From a virus (taxonomy: Duplodnaviria > Caudoviricetes): 30,154 bases of DNA. The notes under the pieces were generated by a model. That model saw only the letters and a program-made list of their open reading frames with translations. It was not told the origin of the DNA and searched no databases. Numbering within the stretch: the first letter of the stretch is position 1; every line of letters begins with the position of its first letter. Made by a program: the position numbers and the translations under genes. Of this stretch, positions 25,773 to 30,154 are shown piece by piece. The stretch lies in the IMG/VR virus record IMGVR_UViG_3300032320_000360, positions 1-30,154 of that record; one strand, written 5' to 3'.

Positions 25773-26456
25773 TTATTGCAGTCCATTGGCTTTCTTATAT
25801 TCTTTATAGAGAGCACGGTGTTCTGCTTTTGTCATATCCAATGTGGTTATGTCTAATTTGCCAGGTCCAGAATTTGTGACTGATGATTTAGTGTTGGTAG
25901 TTGCTGGGCTTGACTGGACGAAATGCGGATTACTTGTTAGAAATTCCTGCACTAAATCATTCACACCCAATGGAGCACCCGTATCTGTATAACGAACACT
26001 ACCATCACTGCCTACCACTTCTACTTCACCTTCTGCATTTAAACGAACATTGTTTGATAATAATGCCTTTACCTGTTCAGCATTGACGGCACGGTATTGT
26101 GCGGCCGCTGCCAGCAATGGCGTATTCACTTTATATTCTTTAATTACACTATCTCTTTTCTGAATCTCAGCGTCTTTCTTAGCGGCTAACTCTTGCAGAG
26201 TCTTTTCAAACTCCCCACGCTTGATTTGTTGTTCCTGTTGTTTTTTCTCCCACTCTGTTTTAATAGAGCGAAGTTCTTCAGGATCACCTAAATCTTCGTA
26301 TGGTTTTAGAAGTTTCTTTTGTAATGAACCTTTCATACGGGCCATCATTCCATCTACTTCTTCTTGACTGTAAGTCTTAGTCGCTTGTGCCTGATTTTCA
26401 GTTTGTTCAGTTGCCGCATCAGTTGCGTTATCTGTAACCAATGAATTGTCTGTCAT
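25773..26456 (-). CDS. Capsid scaffolding protein
   Basis: KTYSQEEVD motif, long coiled coil, FL..NPHF; directly upstream of the capsid gene. Confidence 0.85.
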   Translation of the reverse strand: MTDNSLVTDNATDAATEQTENQAQATKTYSQEEVDGMMARMKGSLQKKLLKPYEDLGDPEELRSIKTEWEKKQQEQQIKRGEFEKTLQELAAKKDAEIQKRDSVIKEYKVNTPLLAAAAQYRAVNAEQVKALLSNNVRLNAEGEVEVVGSDGSVRYTDTGAPLGVNDLVQEFLTSNPHFVQSSPATTNTKSSVTNSGPGKLDITTLDMTKAEHRALYKEYKKANGLQ

Positions 26457-26492
26457 TGTAGCATCACCTCTCTTATGAGTTATTTGTAGAGT

Positions 26493-26498
26493 TATTTA
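26493..26498 (-). promoter_or_regulatory. TAAATA motif for scaffold and capsid
   Basis: CATAAATA, intergenic, just downstream of a TGTGTG/CACACA hairpin. Confidence 0.7.
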
Positions 26499-26529
26499 TG
26501 TGTGGCTTGTGTAATCACACAGAAATTGA

Positions 26530-26694
26530 CTACTTCTTGGTAAACTTGGCTTTCAGGGCCTTGGGAGCTGATTTACGAGCACTGGATAAAGCAATGGCCA
26601 CAGCCTGCTTGTTGCTCATATCAGGATGCTTCTTCATCTCTGCACTGATATTCTTGCTAATGGTCTTTTGACCGTAACCTTTCTTTAATGGCAT
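26530..26694 (-). CDS. 54-aa basic protein ([41 protein letters not shown]...)
   Basis: PLKKG..ISKNI..E...QAVAIALS motif recurrent in phage head modules; SD AGAGGA. Confidence 0.8.
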   Translation of the reverse strand: MPLKKGYGQKTISKNISAEMKKHPDMSNKQAVAIALSSARKSAPKALKAKFTKK

Positions 26695-26695
26695 T

Positions 26696-26752
26696 TTAGT
26701 ATCCTCTCTTCTTTGGGGGTTTAGGCTGTTTCTTTTTCTTTGGATATGGCAT
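26696..26752 (-). CDS. 18-aa Lys/Pro-rich peptide [18 protein letters not shown]
   Basis: Strong SD TAAGGAG; tiles the gap exactly. Confidence 0.65.
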   Translation of the reverse strand: MPYPKKKKQPKPPKKRGY

Positions 26753-26761
26753 TATGACTCC

Positions 26762-28309
26762 TTATTTGATTTCTTTGATTTCCCATACTGCACACCACCA
26801 ATCACTTCTCACTGGGGCGTCAAACTTGTAGCAGTAGAGTTCACCTGCCTTGTAGTATTCACAGTTGGCACAATTCTGTCCTTCGGGAACTGTAGGATCA
26901 ACTGCCGCTTTGTAGGCAGCGGGTAATGTGTCCGGGATAGATTCACCATCTGGATAGAGTCTACCTGGCTGTGGGTTAGGGTCAATGAATGGTAGATATT
27001 CACGCTCTTTGCCCAAGGTTTCCAATATCTCACCATCTATCACACGGAGAACTGCAGGATCAGTGGCTGCTTGACGGGCTTTGTAGAGAATGTCCATATC
27101 ATTGGCTTCATCTTTGATGTTGAATGAACGAGGATATTCAACTTTGCCATTCCAAGTGGTGCCTTGATAGTAGGCAAACCACTGCCATATAGATTCTTCT
27201 ACCAATTCTAGGTTTGCGGCTTTCTCACTGAGTTTGGCATTGAGCAATTCAAATTCTTGTTGTTGTGCAACACCACTCATACGGCGACTTTCAGTGGCAC
27301 GGATTGATCCAGTGTTGGCCATTTTGTCTATGGCATTTACAGCGTGTTCAATGGCAGTAAAGATTGAGTTTATGTCAGTAGAAACACTGAGAACAAATGG
27401 TTTCAATCCAGGATCTAGATTGTCTTCCATAAGAACAATAGCACCAGCACCTGCTGATGCTTCAGTGCCGACGGTTTTGCAAAGTGCCGGATGCCCATTG
27501 ATGCGTATTGATTGTTCTACTTCTGAGGTTAGGTTGTAGATGGTCTTTTGTGCATCAGCAATATCTGTAATGTCACTGACACCCATACCACGCACAGGAC
27601 TCTTACGGCTATAGGCAACAATAGCTGGAATTTCACCAATTTCATTAGGCTCTACAAGGTGTTCCATTACAGTTCTATTTTTGTGATCCACTATCCAAGT
27701 GTGGATCTCTGTGGGGAACCATTCACGGATTGTGCTCACTGTGTCATTGCCTTCTTCAATATACTTGAGATATTCTAGATCATAGCGGCCATTGGCATTA
27801 CGTCTCCAACGCCAATCAGTTACTGTAAGTGGAGTAATTAGATTCACATAAGGGCGAACGCCCTGTGCCAGTTCATCACCCTTGGTCAATGCACCCACAT
27901 TGGGCTTGACCACCAACAACCAACAATGGCCAAACACTGAACTCCATACAGCCACTTCTTTCATAAAAGCATTTAAACTTCTGCCATCCAAGTCAGCATC
28001 ATTGAGAAATTCTTCTACTGCAGGATCTAGATCTAGGCCTTCAAACTCTCTGTCAGGTTCTTCACGGAATAAGAAACTCATATAGGTTGAAACCACTGAT
28101 TGACAGTGATTTTCTAGGTGTGTTGAATTCAGTCTGGCTGTGTATTCACCTGAAGTTTCATTGATGTATTTTGTGAGATGTCCAGCATTACGATAGTCAA
28201 TGCCTCCCATATAACTTTCTAGTAGGTATTGATAGTGATCACGGTTACGAATGTAAAGTTGATTTGTGGATACCGCTTGTAGGTATTGTTCTTGTAGTGT
28301 CTGAATCAT
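26762..28309 (-). CDS. Portal protein with a C-terminal HiPIP-like domain
   Basis: Follows TerL; DADLDGRSLNAFM, GEIPAIV.Y, ESRRMSGVA portal motifs; C-terminal CxxC-C-WWC. Confidence 0.9.
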   Translation of the reverse strand: MIQTLQEQYLQAVSTNQLYIRNRDHYQYLLESYMGGIDYRNAGHLTKYINETSGEYTARLNSTHLENHCQSVVSTYMSFLFREEPDREFEGLDLDPAVEEFLNDADLDGRSLNAFMKEVAVWSSVFGHCWLLVVKPNVGALTKGDELAQGVRPYVNLITPLTVTDWRWRRNANGRYDLEYLKYIEEGNDTVSTIREWFPTEIHTWIVDHKNRTVMEHLVEPNEIGEIPAIVAYSRKSPVRGMGVSDITDIADAQKTIYNLTSEVEQSIRINGHPALCKTVGTEASAGAGAIVLMEDNLDPGLKPFVLSVSTDINSIFTAIEHAVNAIDKMANTGSIRATESRRMSGVAQQQEFELLNAKLSEKAANLELVEESIWQWFAYYQGTTWNGKVEYPRSFNIKDEANDMDILYKARQAATDPAVLRVIDGEILETLGKEREYLPFIDPNPQPGRLYPDGESIPDTLPAAYKAAVDPTVPEGQNCANCEYYKAGELYCYKFDAPVRSDWWCAVWEIKEIK

Positions 28310-28324
28310 TTGGGTTGTCCTGTA

Positions 28325-29563
28325 TTAGCCAATTTGATGTAGCCATCTTCCTGGCGGTTGCTGTTCTCTTTCTCTAGTTATTGGGAACATATAGGCCACA
28401 GCATAGGATAAGGCATCAAACATATGACTGTAGTCTGGATCACCACCTTTGTCAGGTGTTTGTGTTCCTTCTTTATAACTGTATTTCTCTAGACTTTCAA
28501 TAGTGTATTTACATTTAGGGCTGATAAACAAGGATCTAATGCCACTTGCTGAACATAATCTAGAATTTAAAGCGTTAAATCTATCTCTAATTGGATCGTG
28601 GCTTCTGGGTGCCTTGACAATGAAGCCTGCGTTACGCAATATGATGTGGTCAGTAAGACCGCCACTTGAGGTTTTTCGTGCTGAGCCTGAAGGGTCCGGA
28701 TACGCCCACACTCTGCTCGTAGGGTAGCGTGTTTTGATTTCATCGCAGAGCTCATTAGTATTGCTGGAATACATTTGGATTTCGTCGATTGCATAAAGTG
28801 TATCTCCCTGGCGAACCATTATTGAAGCAGTAACAGGTGAGACGTTGAAGTCGCATCCCACGTGAATTAGATCAGTGTTGAATATTTCAGGTGTTTTTAA
28901 ATTATGCTCACGCTTGAATGCCCAGGCAATTTGACTTTCCACTGTGGTAAAGGTGGCTTCAAACTCCTGCTGGTAGGTTCTCCAATCAAGTTCTGCTTGT
29001 GCGGCTTCTAGTTCAGCAACACTGACAAAACCACCTTCTGCTGTGGTATATTGAAATGATTTCCAAGTGTCAGGATGTTCGTCCTGCATACAGAATAATT
29101 CAAATGCGTGATTGTTTTTGCCCTTGGGTGTGCCTATGAATAAACAACCACCTTGACTGTCTGCCAGTGCTGGGCGTATGATCTCAGGAAATAGATCAGG
29201 ATCGCAGTCTGCAATTTCATCAATGGCACAATAGTAGAGTTTAGCACCACGCAGAGCATCAGGATTATCACTGCCTTTTAGGCTGATTACTGATTGATTC
29301 TTCAGTGTAATTGACAGTTCACTTTCATTGATCTTTTCAACCCAGCGTAAATCCAACAGTTTACGCTTTAACTGTTTCCAAGCCAACATTTTGATAGCAC
29401 GATAACTTGATCCTATCAACCATACATTGACATCAGGAACACGAGCGTGCCGGCATATTTCACGAATAGCCAGGGTGGTTTTACCTACCCTGCGACCAGC
29501 GACTACCACCTTGAAACGGTGTGGGTCATTGGCCACTTCCTGTTGTGGTTTACTCAGTGGCAT
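28325..29563 (-). CDS. terL: Terminase large subunit
   Basis: Walker A AGRRVGKT, Walker B CAIDE, GTPKG coupling motif, nuclease GCDFN and HMFDALSYA. Confidence 0.96.
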   Translation of the reverse strand: MPLSKPQQEVANDPHRFKVVVAGRRVGKTTLAIREICRHARVPDVNVWLIGSSYRAIKMLAWKQLKRKLLDLRWVEKINESELSITLKNQSVISLKGSDNPDALRGAKLYYCAIDEIADCDPDLFPEIIRPALADSQGGCLFIGTPKGKNNHAFELFCMQDEHPDTWKSFQYTTAEGGFVSVAELEAAQAELDWRTYQQEFEATFTTVESQIAWAFKREHNLKTPEIFNTDLIHVGCDFNVSPVTASIMVRQGDTLYAIDEIQMYSSNTNELCDEIKTRYPTSRVWAYPDPSGSARKTSSGGLTDHIILRNAGFIVKAPRSHDPIRDRFNALNSRLCSASGIRSLFISPKCKYTIESLEKYSYKEGTQTPDKGGDPDYSHMFDALSYAVAYMFPITREREQQPPGRWLHQIG

Positions 29564-30012
29564 TAGAGATCATCTGTCCACGGTAGTGGATCATTGTCAG
29601 TGCCATTGTAGGGATTATCGCTTTGTGCTAGATATTGCTTGCCCAGCCAAATTAGCAGAGTAGCATTACCATCTAGTGCAGTCTTTAACTGTATGGCTCG
29701 CAAACGGCGTTTCATTCCAGCACGACCTTTTGTAAGATAATCCGCAAAGTTGTATCTCAGAGTATCTTCCTTGATCATAAACCACTCTGCTATCTCACGA
29801 TCTGTGCAGCCAATTTCTGCCAATTTCCAAACTTCATCAGGTGGTATCACTCGTTGTGTAGCACCACGACCCACTATGAGACCCTGTTTAGTGACTTCTC
29901 CCCAGCGTGGATCCTTGCGACTTTTGTATTCCCACTTAGGGTATTTGGTTAGATCTTGTTCAGGAGTTTCTGAGGGCAGATCAGGCAGTTCTATAAGTTC
30001 ATTTTCATCCAT
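29563..30012 (-). CDS. terS: Terminase small subunit
   Basis: HTH (GCTDREIAEWF), LIWLGKQYLAQSD motif; coupled to terL. Confidence 0.85.
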   Translation of the reverse strand: MDENELIELPDLPSETPEQDLTKYPKWEYKSRKDPRWGEVTKQGLIVGRGATQRVIPPDEVWKLAEIGCTDREIAEWFMIKEDTLRYNFADYLTKGRAGMKRRLRAIQLKTALDGNATLLIWLGKQYLAQSDNPYNGTDNDPLPWTDDL

Positions 30013-30017
30013 ACTTG

Positions 30018-30023
30018 TATTTA
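30018..30023 (-). promoter_or_regulatory. TAAATA motif, 5 nt before the terS ATG
   Basis: TTAAATA-caagt-ATG, directly after a terminator. Confidence 0.7.
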
Positions 30024-30031
30024 AGCAGGAT

Positions 30032-30154
30032 AAAAAAAGCCACCTTTTTATGAGTGGCTTTGGGTTATTTCTTTGTTAGTCTTAAATATTCTTCACGAGA
30101 AATATAATAATATTGATCTGGATATCTTGTTTTTCGATATCCATAATAATCTGC
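30032..30154. repeat. Terminal direct repeat, copy 2
   Basis: Identical to 1-123. Confidence 0.97.

Noticed and set aside
30018-30023. TAAATA as an archaeal TATA box or ordinary TANNNT -10 element
   Set aside because: It is only 5 nt from the inferred start, not about 25, and does not fit TANNNT; bacterial SDs and sigma70 promoters are present elsewhere.
82-30079. Plus-strand ORFs in the track
   Set aside because: They are antisense shadows of well-supported minus-strand genes, with no recognisable motifs.
1-30154. CRISPR array, integrase/att system or alternative genetic code
   Set aside because: No regular repeat-spacer array and no recombinase motifs seen; genes tile tightly using TAA, TAG and TGA as stops.

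Overview
The window is an apparently complete, circularly assembled tailed dsDNA phage genome of about 30,031 bp, since bases 1-123 recur exactly at 30032-30154. Every credible gene is on the minus strand. Order in the direction of transcription: terminase small and large subunits, portal, two basic micro-proteins, scaffold, major capsid, a small-gene cassette, head-tail joining genes, two paralogous tail-tube genes, tail chaperone with a -1 frameshift, tape measure, tail tip with an embedded GNAT gene, a holin-like gene, a cluster of unknown non-structural genes, a fibre module, an AAA ATPase and a NUMOD3 protein. The layout is siphovirus-like. I recognise no polymerase, primase, helicase, integrase, repressor, sigma factor or endolysin. 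Most notable observations: (1) a TAAATA motif resembling the T4-type late promoter at 11 gene boundaries, three times exactly 5 nt before an ATG, with no cognate sigma gene, which raises possible dependence on a helper phage; (2) a candidate stand-alone structured sRNA (10377-10500) with loops complementary to the SD and start codon of the adjacent gene; (3) a HiPIP-like 4-Cys domain fused to the portal C-terminus; (4) a candidate origin with 10-bp-phased repeats and GAA mini-hairpins; (5) a possible ruler-plus-subunit fibre built on 20-aa repeats. All product calls come from motifs and gene order read by eye; no database search was run.
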